The translations under genes and the position numbers were made by a program. Below the pieces are notes generated by a model, which saw only the letters and a program-made list of their open reading frames with translations, had not been told where the DNA came from and searched no databases. From a virus, in IMG/VR virus record IMGVR_UViG_3300045012_000181, positions 32,001-96,000 of that record: a DNA stretch of 64,000 nt. One strand, 5' to 3'. Below, one piece after another: positions 1-9,184 of the stretch (positions are counted from its first letter, which is position 1; the number at the start of each line of letters is the position of its first letter).

Positions 1-32
1 ATTCGGGACTTTGTGTTTCCATGTTCTCCTCT

Positions 33-1205
33 CTAGTCTTTGTAGGGATCTCTGATGTCCGGACCGGCCATCGCAACCCCGACCGGGACAAGTTGATGCA
101 GAATTTTGATGCTATCACCGTGTTCGGCCAGCACCTCAGGCAGCCTTTTGTAGCAATCCGGGCTCTCGTCCAACCCGGCTCCCCGCAGTTCCACATGGGC
201 CTTTTGGAGCCAACCGTCCATCATTTCCTTCGTGACCTTACCAGCACGCAGGACCGCACCGGTCTTCCGATGCACCTTGCCGGCGGCCTCCCGACGGCCC
301 ATAACACGTCCGGCGCCATGCACGGTGCTATAGAGCGAATACTGGGCCTCCTCGTTCTGCACGCCCTCCAAAATTACGCTGCGTTCGCCCATCGTGCCGC
401 CTACAAAGCCCCTCTGACCGGGAAAGGCCGGAGTGGCGCCTTTCCGTACAACCCACAGGTCCTCTCCGCCATGCGTCTCGCGCCAAGCGAAATTGTGGTG
501 GTTGTGTACCTCTTCCAAAATCTTGGCACCTAAAATCAAGGCGACTTTCTGACAGACCCAATCCCTGCCAGCGTAGGCATACTCTCCGGCCAGCTGCATG
601 CACTGCAAGTATTCCGCGCCCAGCGGACCCTCAACGGGTATCACACAGGGTTCCACGTCCATACCATCTTTGGCTCCGGCTTTGTTCAGAAACCAAGTTG
701 CGGTCTTGTGACCCAGCCCTCTAGAACCGAAGTGCACGCCCACCCAGACCCTATCCTGTTCATCCGTAAACAAGTCCACATAATGGTTGCCCGAGCCTAC
801 AGTTCCGAGCTGGTCGGATGCCATCTTCTTCAGGGGCGCGATGGCCTCACAGGACCAAGCCGGACTATCGAACAGCGCGTGGTCTACAGATTCAGCGTTC
901 TGGCGGCCAATGCCAAAGGCAATATTTTTCCACACATCATCCATGATTTGCCTGATGCCCGCTCGAAGCGCACTCCCGGGCATATCTGTTAAAACGGCCT
1001 TGTTACCGCAGGCGATATCGAAGCCCACGCCAGACGGCGAGATGCTGGCCTTGTAGGCCACCACGCCGCCGATTGGCACGGCATACCCAAAATGCCCATC
1101 CGCCATGAGGGCGGCTTTGTCGGCCGTTCGGGCACACGTGCGGATCTGCTTCAGGGTGTTTTCATCGTGCTTGCCCCAGATGGGAATGCCTTCAACGATG
1201 TTCAC
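33..1205 (-). CDS. rtcB: RtcB family RNA-splicing/repair ligase
   Basis: 390 aa. RtcB motifs MADGHxGYAVPIGGVVA, GFDIACGN, QLGTVGSGNHY, VHFGSRGLGH, HNHHNFAW, VRKGATPA, HGAGRVMGR, LDESPDCYK. Confidence 0.95.
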   Translation of the reverse strand: MNIVEGIPIWGKHDENTLKQIRTCARTADKAALMADGHFGYAVPIGGVVAYKASISPSGVGFDIACGNKAVLTDMPGSALRAGIRQIMDDVWKNIAFGIGRQNAESVDHALFDSPAWSCEAIAPLKKMASDQLGTVGSGNHYVDLFTDEQDRVWVGVHFGSRGLGHKTATWFLNKAGAKDGMDVEPCVIPVEGPLGAEYLQCMQLAGEYAYAGRDWVCQKVALILGAKILEEVHNHHNFAWRETHGGEDLWVVRKGATPAFPGQRGFVGGTMGERSVILEGVQNEEAQYSLYSTVHGAGRVMGRREAAGKVHRKTGAVLRAGKVTKEMMDGWLQKAHVELRGAGLDESPDCYKRLPEVLAEHGDSIKILHQLVPVGVAMAGPDIRDPYKD

Positions 1206-2071
1206 TGTTTCTCCAGCAGTTCGATATAGGTACTTAAAAGATGGTTTAGAATCAAATCTAGCCCAAAGGGCGCCTTCAGGCGCACCCGGTTGTTCACATG
1301 CGAGAAGGGCGGCGCCGTGGGCAGATTGGGAATCACATCCCAGGGGTTCTCGTACCGACGGGTAGTTGGGGCCGAGCCCAAATCATACCAGTGCGTCCAG
1401 TCGGCATCTCCAACTCGGGGACTGCCGAACGTAACGCTACTCAAATCAAAATCACTGAAAGCACTGTTTTGCGCCAAGAAGTCCAGATGGTCCACTAGGA
1501 TTGTTCCAAGTGCGCCTCCGAGACTGTGCCCCGCTACCACAACGGCATCCACCTGCTGGCTCTCCAAGAGACTGCGCACGTAATCCGCCAAGGTTACGGA
1601 TTTGGCCGCGGGGCTATTCTTGGCCAGTTGGAGGCTCTTGTAGACCTCCAAAAAGCCCGCATGCACCAGGCCATGCCCCCAAGGACACGGTACAGGAAGG
1701 GCTGTGGCGTCGTCCAGCCACTCCAGCAGCCTTCGGGGGTCCGTGCCCCTTAAGCACACGATGAGCGCTTTGTCCTGTTGGGCCAGGAATCCAAAGCTTA
1801 CCTCCAGAACATTTGGGGGCAAATCCGCTCCGCGAATCTCCTGCAGAAAATTACAGCCCAGGGTTTTGATGGCTGCGAATTGCTCAGGTCCGTATGCGCC
1901 AGGAATACCCGCTACTTGAACCAGACGGGCCAACGTCAGGTCATTGAGAGTGTTTGGCATTCTTGGCATTCCTACCGGCCCCTTACGAAGGCCCTGAAGG
2001 CCCTTATGCACGTGGCCAGCCCAACGAAGGCCAGCACCCAGACCACCCCACAGGCCGTCCACAGATACCAA
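1202..2071 (-). CDS. Class 3 lipase (alpha/beta hydrolase); true start probably ATG at 1960 or 1969
   Basis: Lid motif IVCLRGT, VHAGF, nucleophile elbow VVAGHSLGGALG, TFGSPRVGD, DVIPNLP and a C-terminal His (NHLLSTY). Confidence 0.85.
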   Translation of the reverse strand: MVSVDGLWGGLGAGLRWAGHVHKGLQGLRKGPVGMPRMPNTLNDLTLARLVQVAGIPGAYGPEQFAAIKTLGCNFLQEIRGADLPPNVLEVSFGFLAQQDKALIVCLRGTDPRRLLEWLDDATALPVPCPWGHGLVHAGFLEVYKSLQLAKNSPAAKSVTLADYVRSLLESQQVDAVVVAGHSLGGALGTILVDHLDFLAQNSAFSDFDLSSVTFGSPRVGDADWTHWYDLGSAPTTRRYENPWDVIPNLPTAPPFSHVNNRVRLKAPFGLDLILNHLLSTYIELLEKQ

Positions 2072-2109
2072 GGAATATAGATACCGCCAGCGTCCGACAT
2101 AAGAGCCTC

Positions 2110-2292
2110 CTATTGGTGGTACTTGTTGATTACGTTCTGAATGCGCTTCTTGAGGGCTTCCAGCTCAGTTGGTGATTTGGCCTCGAACAGCACCTTGCTG
2201 ACGTAGACCACGCCGTGCCTCTGAAGAAGCTGCAGAATTTCGTCCACGATTTCAACAGAGATGGCGGTCGATAATTTGTCGGATGCGCTCAA
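2110..2292 (-). CDS. Hypothetical protein
   Basis: 60-aa ORF (TTG start), co-oriented with its neighbours; no recognisable motif. Confidence 0.4.
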   Translation of the reverse strand: MSASDKLSTAISVEIVDEILQLLQRHGVVYVSKVLFEAKSPTELEALKKRIQNVINKYHQ

Positions 2293-2418
2293 GGATGGCC
2301 CCCCGGTCGTATTCGTCCATTAAATCACCGTTGTCTCGTGTCATGGACCACTCGTTCGTATCCGCGCCCAGACCAACGATGTGCTCAGCAATTTCCTGTG
2401 CGGCCTTCTGGGAATCCG

Positions 2419-2727
2419 TCATGGTCGTGTATTCTTAATCAAGCAGCCCAACATATAGATTGCCATTAATCCGGCTGGCAGCAAGATTGCCGGTACGAGG
2501 CCCATTAATATACAAATATACAAATCGCCTCGCGAATCCGGCCAATAACCTTCGGAAATCCTGTAAACCGGCGCTCCAATAAGGGCCAAGAGGGTTAGTG
2601 TAATTAAGATGACGCCCAATCCCAACAGGAAACAAATCACAGATCCTCCCAATCCCCGGAACCTCCAGAATTCGCCAGCCACAACGAACCCAAAAGGGCC
2701 CAACCTCAAATGAACAGCGAGCCACAA
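2419..2727 (-). CDS. Hypothetical membrane protein
   Basis: Two hydrophobic stretches; co-oriented with neighbours. Confidence 0.5.
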   Translation of the reverse strand: MWLAVHLRLGPFGFVVAGEFWRFRGLGGSVICFLLGLGVILITLTLLALIGAPVYRISEGYWPDSRGDLYICILMGLVPAILLPAGLMAIYMLGCLIKNTRP

Positions 2728-2755
2728 GTGAGAATCACGAAGCCCTCGGGCATGG

Positions 2756-3034
2756 CTAGGACACTCCTACAACGGTTAAATTCGTGGGTGGGGCCAATCC
2801 TCCAGTGGGCGTTCGTGTGATGGCCCCGGTTTGGATACTCACAACGGCGCCTAATGGGACCTCATGGCCCACGCTATCGAAGGCATACAGCTGGCCCGTG
2901 GAGGGGTTACAGCCGATGCCCTCAGGATACACACCGTCCACCCTGAAGCTCACATAGGCCAGCGTGGTGCCATCCGAGAGCTCCAGGGTGCAATCAAAGG
3001 AGCCATCCGCGTTGGGCACGTTGTTGCAGCCCAT
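2756..3034 (-). CDS. Hypothetical protein ending in an FN3-A-strand-like motif (LAPPTNLTVVGVS)
   Basis: 92-aa ORF, tightly packed in the operon; C-terminal motif shared with 29946-30236 and 36828-39452. Confidence 0.6.
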   Translation of the reverse strand: MGCNNVPNADGSFDCTLELSDGTTLAYVSFRVDGVYPEGIGCNPSTGQLYAFDSVGHEVPLGAVVSIQTGAITRTPTGGLAPPTNLTVVGVS

Positions 3035-3037
3035 GAT

Positions 3038-3478
3038 TTAGACTGAGGGCTGGACTGCTGGAGAGGCCTTCGTGGTCGATGGAACACAGGCCGGTGCGAC
3101 CAAGAGGCCCACACGCCTGCGAAAATTGGCCGAGCGCTCCTTGGGCCTTCGAACCTTCAGCCAGTAGGCCTTCCAAATGGCCTCTCGGGCCTCGCGGGGC
3201 ACCTGTTCCAGGGCTCTCGTGAGGGCCAGCCGGCTGGCCACGGACTTGACAAAATTGTCTTTCTTGCTGCACAGGGCTTCGCCCTTCAGGCCCGTGACGC
3301 AGTGCTTAGGCTCCGAAGTGCCCACGACGCAGATTCCCGTATGTACAAGTGCTCGCGTTACCACGTCCCAACTGCGACGTTTCCTACGGGACAGCTTGCT
3401 GTCATCCTCCAAAAACTCATGGTGGATATGGATGTACCAGTGTTGGGCCTTCTCGCCTTCACCTATTTCTAGGATCAT
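3038..3478 (-). CDS. Conserved-type phage protein with GxAxCxxxDxFxK...AxxRA motif; possible nucleotide-signal sponge (Acb4-like)
   Basis: Motif GEALCSKKDNFVKSVASRLALTRAL; AGGAG RBS upstream. The functional call rests on my recollection of the family motif only. Confidence 0.5.
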   Translation of the reverse strand: MILEIGEGEKAQHWYIHIHHEFLEDDSKLSRRKRRSWDVVTRALVHTGICVVGTSEPKHCVTGLKGEALCSKKDNFVKSVASRLALTRALEQVPREAREAIWKAYWLKVRRPKERSANFRRRVGLLVAPACVPSTTKASPAVQPSV

Positions 3479-3492
3479 GAATGGTCTCCTTT

Positions 3493-3849
3493 TTAGATTC
3501 CCAAGAGCCTACGTTCCTCTGGGGTAAGCTTTTTGAGGGCCTTCTTGCGCATGGAGAGCCTGTCGGCCTCCTCCCGCTCACGCTTGAGGCACTCGCGGTC
3601 CTTTAGTTCATGCTCTTTAATCCAATTCCGGGTCTCCTTGCTCAAATTATTAATAGGGTAAATGCGGCTGCCATCTATGTAACCAGACAATTCGCAGGCC
3701 ACCCGGGTTACACGCTCCAGTTCCACACGAAGACGGTCCGCGTCTTCGGCGTCGTAATCAGACCTACAAGGCATCTCAGCACCTCGAAAATAGCGTAAGG
3801 AATTCCAACTTAGTGCGAGCGTAATCGCCGGGGAAGGCATTCTCACCAT
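3493..3849 (-). CDS. Hypothetical protein (likely start ATG near 3771, MPCRSDY...)
   Basis: Charged coiled-coil-like C-terminus; operon position. Confidence 0.55.
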   Translation of the reverse strand: MVRMPSPAITLALSWNSLRYFRGAEMPCRSDYDAEDADRLRVELERVTRVACELSGYIDGSRIYPINNLSKETRNWIKEHELKDRECLKREREEADRLSMRKKALKKLTPEERRLLGI

Positions 3850-4006
3850 GCTTAGTTGCAGCGCTCTGTGTGGCTTCGTATAGACCTAAGGCATCAATGG
3901 GTTTCTGCGTCAACTCCCATTGTACACGGCTGTCGTTTACAATAGCGTCCGTTGTGTTTTGGTCGATGCCCGAGCCCGCAAGCCACAAAACCAGATTAGT
4001 TTTCAT
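3776..4006 (-). CDS. Hypothetical protein
   Basis: ATGA overlap with the stop of the upstream NAMPT-like gene. Confidence 0.6.
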   Translation of the reverse strand: MKTNLVLWLAGSGIDQNTTDAIVNDSRVQWELTQKPIDALGLYEATQSAATKHGENAFPGDYARTKLEFLTLFSRC

Positions 4007-5451
4007 GTTCGTACGCGCTTTCGAATGGTATCGAAGTCCTCTCGAATCAACAACTTACCGTTGCTAAAAATCTTCTGGAAGGCACAGTTGTTAAGGGCTG
4101 CGGGCAACTGTTCATCTACGACATAAAGACCATCGGCCTTGCTGCTGTAAACAGCCGGAATGCCCTTCAAGGAGGCCTTGCTAAAACCGCCTTCGGCCGT
4201 AACGGGCTTCTTGAAAATATCCAGAATTTTGCCCGAACGCCTGACCGCAGTGGCCTTCATGGCGAATCCGTAGGTATCACGGGTGACGTATTCATAGGTA
4301 TAGGAACCTATTCCGAATACGATGTTAAACGGGCTCAGGCCCATCTTCACACAGCCCTCTAGAATGGCATCCGCACGCTCCAATGAGATGCCGTCGCCGT
4401 AAATCAAACCGGCTTTGTTGATGTGTCCGGCGCCGTCCGTGCCCAGCGCCCGGCGTAGCAGCTCTAAGGCCCCATAAGCCGCAGGGTGCGTGCCATAGGG
4501 TGCGTCGGAGTCGCCCAGCATGATCTTAACAGGGTCTCCGCTGTCCGGACGGATTACAACCTTGCCGTCCCGTGCGAGGATTTCCTTGCGCAGGGCCGGA
4601 ATGTACTCCATGAGAACCTTCCAAAGGTCCCAAGTATCCGATACGATGCTAACAATTCCAGTGGGATAGGTCTCCGTTATGAGACGCCTGAAGGTCTCGA
4701 ATTCACCATCCATACCACCGGCGCACATCACAGAATGTTCAGTGGCAGGGACGCTCCCACCACAGCTCAAGGGGGCATCATAGAATTCCCTAGCGGCCAG
4801 AATCGCGGGTATGGTATCCGTGCCGTTGAAGCTCAATAGATGACCCATACCGGAGAACATGGCGTCCTCCAACCCACTCATACCCCGATAGGAGAAATCG
4901 TGGCCCTGCCAATCCACGAAACTCAGGTCCTTCTCGCCAAAATTCCGGGCGTGCTTGATGAACAGTTCCCGGAAGCGGGCTGCTGTAGTTGCGGAGGTGG
5001 TGGACTTCCAGAGCGCATTAGATAACGCGGTCTCAAGAAAATTCGGAAGCCAATAGGCGCTATCATTGGTATTGGTTATGACAAGCATGGGCACGCCCAG
5101 CGGAACACGGGAGCCCTCCGGCAAGGCCCAAATATCCAGCGGAAGGTAGCCCAGTTCCCAGAGCCTTCTTATGTGGTCCAGTTTGGGCTCTTTGAGGCCC
5201 AATGTGGCCAGCACGAATTCCCTGTATTGTTCCGCTATAAGACTCCAACTCTGTTCAAAAAATGCCGGCTTCCAGCGCATGAGATTGTTCTGGATGAAGG
5301 CCCTTGCACCGAACCAGCGCACGTCCTTCTCGCCGGGTATTCGCGAACTGCGGGCCGTCCAGTTGGACCAGACCTGTTGCGTATCGGTGGGATATTGCTC
5401 CCAATGGTGAAGCTTATAAAAATCCGCGTGGTAAAGCGGTGAAGGGTTCAT
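4003..5451 (-). CDS. Nicotinamide phosphoribosyltransferase-like protein (NadV/Nampt family; NARP1 Namat candidate)
   Basis: 482 aa. Motifs ADFYKLHH, HDFSYRGM, HLLSFNGTDT, SVPATEHSVM, VSIVSDTWD, VVIRPDSGDP, IYGDGI, VFGIGSYTY, RDTYGFAMK. Confidence 0.93.
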   Translation of the reverse strand: MNPSPLYHADFYKLHHWEQYPTDTQQVWSNWTARSSRIPGEKDVRWFGARAFIQNNLMRWKPAFFEQSWSLIAEQYREFVLATLGLKEPKLDHIRRLWELGYLPLDIWALPEGSRVPLGVPMLVITNTNDSAYWLPNFLETALSNALWKSTTSATTAARFRELFIKHARNFGEKDLSFVDWQGHDFSYRGMSGLEDAMFSGMGHLLSFNGTDTIPAILAAREFYDAPLSCGGSVPATEHSVMCAGGMDGEFETFRRLITETYPTGIVSIVSDTWDLWKVLMEYIPALRKEILARDGKVVIRPDSGDPVKIMLGDSDAPYGTHPAAYGALELLRRALGTDGAGHINKAGLIYGDGISLERADAILEGCVKMGLSPFNIVFGIGSYTYEYVTRDTYGFAMKATAVRRSGKILDIFKKPVTAEGGFSKASLKGIPAVYSSKADGLYVVDEQLPAALNNCAFQKIFSNGKLLIREDFDTIRKRVRT

Positions 5452-5454
5452 AGA

Positions 5455-6315
5455 CTAGTCTCTCCCACAGTTGTTGCACTCGCAATCGCACTCTTCGGAT
5501 TCGGGCATCTGGATACTGTATTCCGAGGTGAAGACCTGCTTGAAGTGCTTCAGCAACACGGCCCTGCCCTTGGAGAAAATTCCATGGCTCACGTACAAAT
5601 ACAGTTTCAAGTCGGGATTGATTTTTAAGAGCGCCTTAGCCAACCCAATAAAGGTTCCGCCGCCGTCGCAGATGTCGTCTATAATGAGGGCCTTCTTGGC
5701 GCGCTCCACTTGCGGCAGGTCCTCCCACCACACACTGAAGCCGCTGAGTTTGCCCGTCTTGGCATCCCGTTGCTTTCGACAGCAGGCCGTGGGCAAGCTA
5801 TAACGCAGGATGTCATAACGCTTATCTGAGCCTTCATCCGGCAAAATCAATACGAGGTCCCTACGACCCAGTTTCCTTATGATGGGCTGAATTTGGTCGC
5901 ATTGTCTATCCGTGGGATTGAGGTTGGCCAGATTTTCAAACAAATTGTGCGCCACGCCACTGTGCACATCAAAAGTCCAAACCACGCTGAAGTTCAAATT
6001 GTTAATCAACCGGGCCCAAACACCCAGGCCATGACTATCCCCGCCCACGAATCGACGGTCCGCACGGGCATAGGGCATGTAGGGCAGGAATAGACTGGAA
6101 CGCCAGAATCCGCCGGCGTGCTCAAGGGCGTCCTTGAGTTGGGCCAGTTCTATGATATCCGGGATGGGGTTGCAGATAATCTCAAACTCGTCTTTGCCCT
6201 TCACAGCGGCCAGCCCTTTGGCCGTTAGCCGGACTTGGATTTCGCCAGCTGGATAGTGGATTACGCTGTAGAGCACGCCCCGGTCTTGGGGGATTTTGAG
6301 GGTGAGTTTTTTCAC
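5455..6315 (-). CDS. Ribose-phosphate pyrophosphokinase-like protein (Prs family; NARP1 Adps candidate)
   Basis: YPAGE, LPYMPYARADRR, DVHS, PDEG, KQRD, PRPP-binding loop IIDDICDGGGTF, YVSHGIFSKG. Confidence 0.9.
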   Translation of the reverse strand: MKKLTLKIPQDRGVLYSVIHYPAGEIQVRLTAKGLAAVKGKDEFEIICNPIPDIIELAQLKDALEHAGGFWRSSLFLPYMPYARADRRFVGGDSHGLGVWARLINNLNFSVVWTFDVHSGVAHNLFENLANLNPTDRQCDQIQPIIRKLGRRDLVLILPDEGSDKRYDILRYSLPTACCRKQRDAKTGKLSGFSVWWEDLPQVERAKKALIIDDICDGGGTFIGLAKALLKINPDLKLYLYVSHGIFSKGRAVLLKHFKQVFTSEYSIQMPESEECDCECNNCGRD

Positions 6316-6968
6316 CAGCCAGCCTCCAACTTGTCATGTGGCACGTAGACTTGTACCTGCGAGCGCACTTCGTTTTTAGGTGGACGCTCGTTACCCAATG
6401 TTAGGCGTACGAAGGCTCTCCAACCATCCTTGGTCGCGGGCATACCTCTGTGAAATGTCATACTATCGAATTCGTAAAGACCCTCGGAATACGCAGTGGC
6501 CGCATGCCCTGAATATACATCCTTAGGAAGGTCGTTTATGAGAGTGTTATAGAAACCGTACACAGGACCGGACCCCTTTGGTTCGGGCATCTGCAAGGGG
6601 AAATCCAAAAATTCCGTGAGGCTGGCATCACCGTAGAGCACCATGAAATGTCGGGAGTTGTGTGCCGGCCAAAGATTAGCCAAATCCGGCTGTCCGCCAG
6701 TTGGTCGGTAGAAATCATCACAGTGCCAACCCGGTATGCAAGGATACCAGCCCTTCTTTAGCATGGTGACTTTCACATCCAGACTTTGGTACTTGAAGGA
6801 AAAGGGGTTCACGGGCAGGTGGCTTATGAAGTCCCATAGGAGCGGAGCCTTTTTTAGGGCGAAGGCCACATCTGCCCTATAAAGCATGGGCATGGTGCGA
6901 ATTTGCTCCTGTGTTAGGAAGAAGAGCTTGCGGTTGTGATAGGTGAATTTGTTGGAAAACTCAATCAT
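6312..6968 (-). CDS. Putative 2OG-Fe(II) oxygenase-fold protein (start reassigned to ATG 6968)
   Basis: HxD...H...R pattern: IPGWHCDD ... TFHRGMPA ... WRAFVR. ATG 6968 overlaps the TGA of the upstream small ORF. The longer 6312-7211 call probably fuses in a different-frame gene region. Confidence 0.6.
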   Translation of the reverse strand: MIEFSNKFTYHNRKLFFLTQEQIRTMPMLYRADVAFALKKAPLLWDFISHLPVNPFSFKYQSLDVKVTMLKKGWYPCIPGWHCDDFYRPTGGQPDLANLWPAHNSRHFMVLYGDASLTEFLDFPLQMPEPKGSGPVYGFYNTLINDLPKDVYSGHAATAYSEGLYEFDSMTFHRGMPATKDGWRAFVRLTLGNERPPKNEVRSQVQVYVPHDKLEAGW

Positions 6969-7198
6969 TGAAAGTTCACCGGCCCCCAAGGGCATCGAAT
7001 TTTGTCCTGAACCCATCCCAGTCCTATTACTGCATAGATGCCACCAAAGGCCAATAGAAAAAGTGGTCCCCACAGGGGCGAAAGCAGCGCAACCAATATC
7101 ACGCGCATCCAGTAACCGCAAGCAGAAGGCACACGGAAGGAGTTTGTGGTAAAATTCCGCCAAATCCAATAGTGCCAGCTTTGTTTGGAGATGTTCAT
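6965..7198 (-). CDS. Small membrane protein
   Basis: Hydrophobic second half (MRVILVALLSPLWGPLFLLAFGGIYAVIGLGW); ATGA coupling to the downstream gene. Confidence 0.4.
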   Translation of the reverse strand: MNISKQSWHYWIWRNFTTNSFRVPSACGYWMRVILVALLSPLWGPLFLLAFGGIYAVIGLGWVQDKIRCPWGPVNFQ

Positions 7199-7227
7199 TT
7201 TTGTGGCTCAACCGCTCAAGGAACTCC

Positions 7228-7584
7228 TTAGGATTTCCTAACCAACGTCGAAATCACCGCCACCAGAAACACTCCCACGGCCAGCACGCAGAAAATATCA
7301 CCCAGACTGTAGCGCGCCCAGTCATCGCCATAGACATCAGCCAGGAACTTTAGGTGCGTCTGCGGCGTCAGAACCACATGCAGATGGTCCGAAGGCGGTA
7401 TGAAGGGTCGAAATCCACGCATATCCACGGGCATGTGACCATCGTTGGCCGCGATTACCAGGCCGTTCATCAAACCAGCCAAAGCAGCCAGAGCCGTAGC
7501 CACGCCCGGGGCCCATCGGCGCTTACGCCACAGATACCAGGTGGCTCCGAGGGCCAGCAGGGTGGCCAATATTTCGCTAGTCAT
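7228..7584 (-). CDS. DUF5317-like membrane protein
   Basis: Motifs GLMNGLVIAANDGHMPV, HV...T.LKFLAD, YSLGDI; several TM segments. Confidence 0.65.
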   Translation of the reverse strand: MTSEILATLLALGATWYLWRKRRWAPGVATALAALAGLMNGLVIAANDGHMPVDMRGFRPFIPPSDHLHVVLTPQTHLKFLADVYGDDWARYSLGDIFCVLAVGVFLVAVISTLVRKS

Positions 7585-7686
7585 AATAAGAGGGCCGGGT
7601 TCCGAGGCCCGGCCCAGTAGAGACGGCCTTCTTAGGTACTGGCGGAGACTCTTGTTTTACGCCCAGTGGGCGAATTTTCCCACGCT

Positions 7687-9081
7687 TTAGTCGCGGGAAG
7701 CCTGCTTTTCTGTAGTCTGGATGTAGTTCAGCACGGCCTCAGACCAACCATCCACGTGGGTCCATGGGCCATATCCAATGCCGTTCTTGTACGACGCGAC
7801 ATTGATAAAATAACCCTGTTTGGGCATGCCATTGTAGGATGGGTTTCGGATGGCCTGGTGGCTCTGCTCATCCGTAATCACGACGATGCGGTCGTAGGAT
7901 TCCTTCTGCGCAAGCGCCAAGGCATCATCGGTGTGCGTGGCGTTGTGCGAGGTGGCGTTCTGGATGGCATCCCTCAGAGCAAAACCCCTCCGAGCCGGCA
8001 CCAACACGGGGTTCACGGAGTAGCTGATTACGAGGGCCTCCTCACAAATCTCTCGCAAAAGAATGGCTAGCGCACAGGCCGCGTCCGAGCGGTCCATGTC
8101 GGATTTCGCGGAGATTTTGGCGCCGTACATCGAGCCACTGTTGTCCACCACGATGCAGGTCTTACCGGGGAGCTTTTCGAAGCCCTCCAGAGAGCGCAAC
8201 ATGGCCTTCTCCAGCTCGGGTTCCCACTGCGGTACATATCGAGCGGCCGCCACGAACCTGAAGGGCAGGATGCGGTCGGTTTTCATTTCCAGCAAAGAGC
8301 CCCGGATGAGCTTCTCGGAGACACCGGCCTCTTTCATGTTGCGCAAATTGCGAATAAGGGCCAGTCCACCGAGCTTGTTCTCCGTAAGGAGGCGCTCCCA
8401 AGATTCCCGTTTGGCTTCGCCCTTACCGGCAGACAACTCAACCTCCCAAGTATCAGGAGTGGCCAGCTTGCCGTCAATCAGGCGCTTCCACAGTTGGGCC
8501 TGCGGCAGACCATCGCGTTCGGCCTTGGACATTCCCACACCCCAGCCCTCAGGTCGCGGATGCACAAGGAACAACACATCCCGTAGTTTGATGGCATTAT
8601 CGCGATTCCACTTCGCAAGCTGATATTCATTAAACTTCTGAAATGCCCTTTGGAGGCCCTTTTGGAGCTGGTGGGAAAGCCTGTTGAGTTTCTTGGTTCC
8701 GGTGCGCTCCCGACTGTAGATACTTAGAATCTCGGCCAGCTCGTCCGCACGCTGGATGATGCAGGCCACCAAATCCGCAACGACGTGCCTGTGCGTCTTG
8801 TGCTTGGCGCATTCCACAGCCAACAGCAGTGGAACATGGCGCAGATGCATGCGCTCACGGGCCTCGATGGCGATTTGCGCCACGGTCTCAGCGGGGACCT
8901 TAGGTACGAGCTCGCAGATGCGGGCCGCGATAGAGACGCCGCTTTCATAGAATTCGGATTCCCATAGCAGGCAGCTCATCACGCTTCGACGCAACTCCTG
9001 CTCAGGCGTGGCGTGCTGGTAGGCCGTTGCGCCTTCGAATGTGAGCTTCTTGGGACGCAGTTCCTTTTTATTTAGGTTCAT
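7687..9081 (-). CDS. rsr: Ro60/TROVE-domain RNA-binding protein (Rsr homolog) with C-terminal vWA domain
   Basis: TFEGA.AY, ELRRSVMSCLLWESEFYESG, IQRADEL, FNEYQLAKW, LRDVLFL.HP, TWEVELS, ALIRNLRN, LPFRFVAA, MIDAS motif VVDNSGSM, VITDEQ, INVASY. Confidence 0.95.
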   Translation of the reverse strand: MNLNKKELRPKKLTFEGATAYQHATPEQELRRSVMSCLLWESEFYESGVSIAARICELVPKVPAETVAQIAIEARERMHLRHVPLLLAVECAKHKTHRHVVADLVACIIQRADELAEILSIYSRERTGTKKLNRLSHQLQKGLQRAFQKFNEYQLAKWNRDNAIKLRDVLFLVHPRPEGWGVGMSKAERDGLPQAQLWKRLIDGKLATPDTWEVELSAGKGEAKRESWERLLTENKLGGLALIRNLRNMKEAGVSEKLIRGSLLEMKTDRILPFRFVAAARYVPQWEPELEKAMLRSLEGFEKLPGKTCIVVDNSGSMYGAKISAKSDMDRSDAACALAILLREICEEALVISYSVNPVLVPARRGFALRDAIQNATSHNATHTDDALALAQKESYDRIVVITDEQSHQAIRNPSYNGMPKQGYFINVASYKNGIGYGPWTHVDGWSEAVLNYIQTTEKQASRD

Positions 9082-9099
9082 GTGCTCTCCTTAAAAAAT

Positions 9100-9184
9100 G
9101 CCCGGGAATCAAGCGAATGCGGTTATGCCTGTTAGGGCATTCTCATTTTCAGTAAGAAGTAACCGCACTCTAACGTCACCGAGC
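9100..9184 (-). ncRNA. Y-RNA-like small RNA 1 (85 nt), immediately upstream of Ro60
   Basis: Terminal stem GCUCGG/CCGGGC; UGACGUUA opposite GCUUGAUU; 11-bp stem GAGUGCGGUUA/UAACCGCAUUC; UACUUC; two inner hairpins; 3' AUUUUUU followed by the Ro60 RBS. Confidence 0.8.

Noticed and set aside
7585-7686. Additional Y RNA downstream of Ro60
   Set aside because: It has hairpins (GGGCCGGG/CCCGGCCC) but lacks the UGCCGUA/UACUUC motif; more likely a terminator or processing stem.
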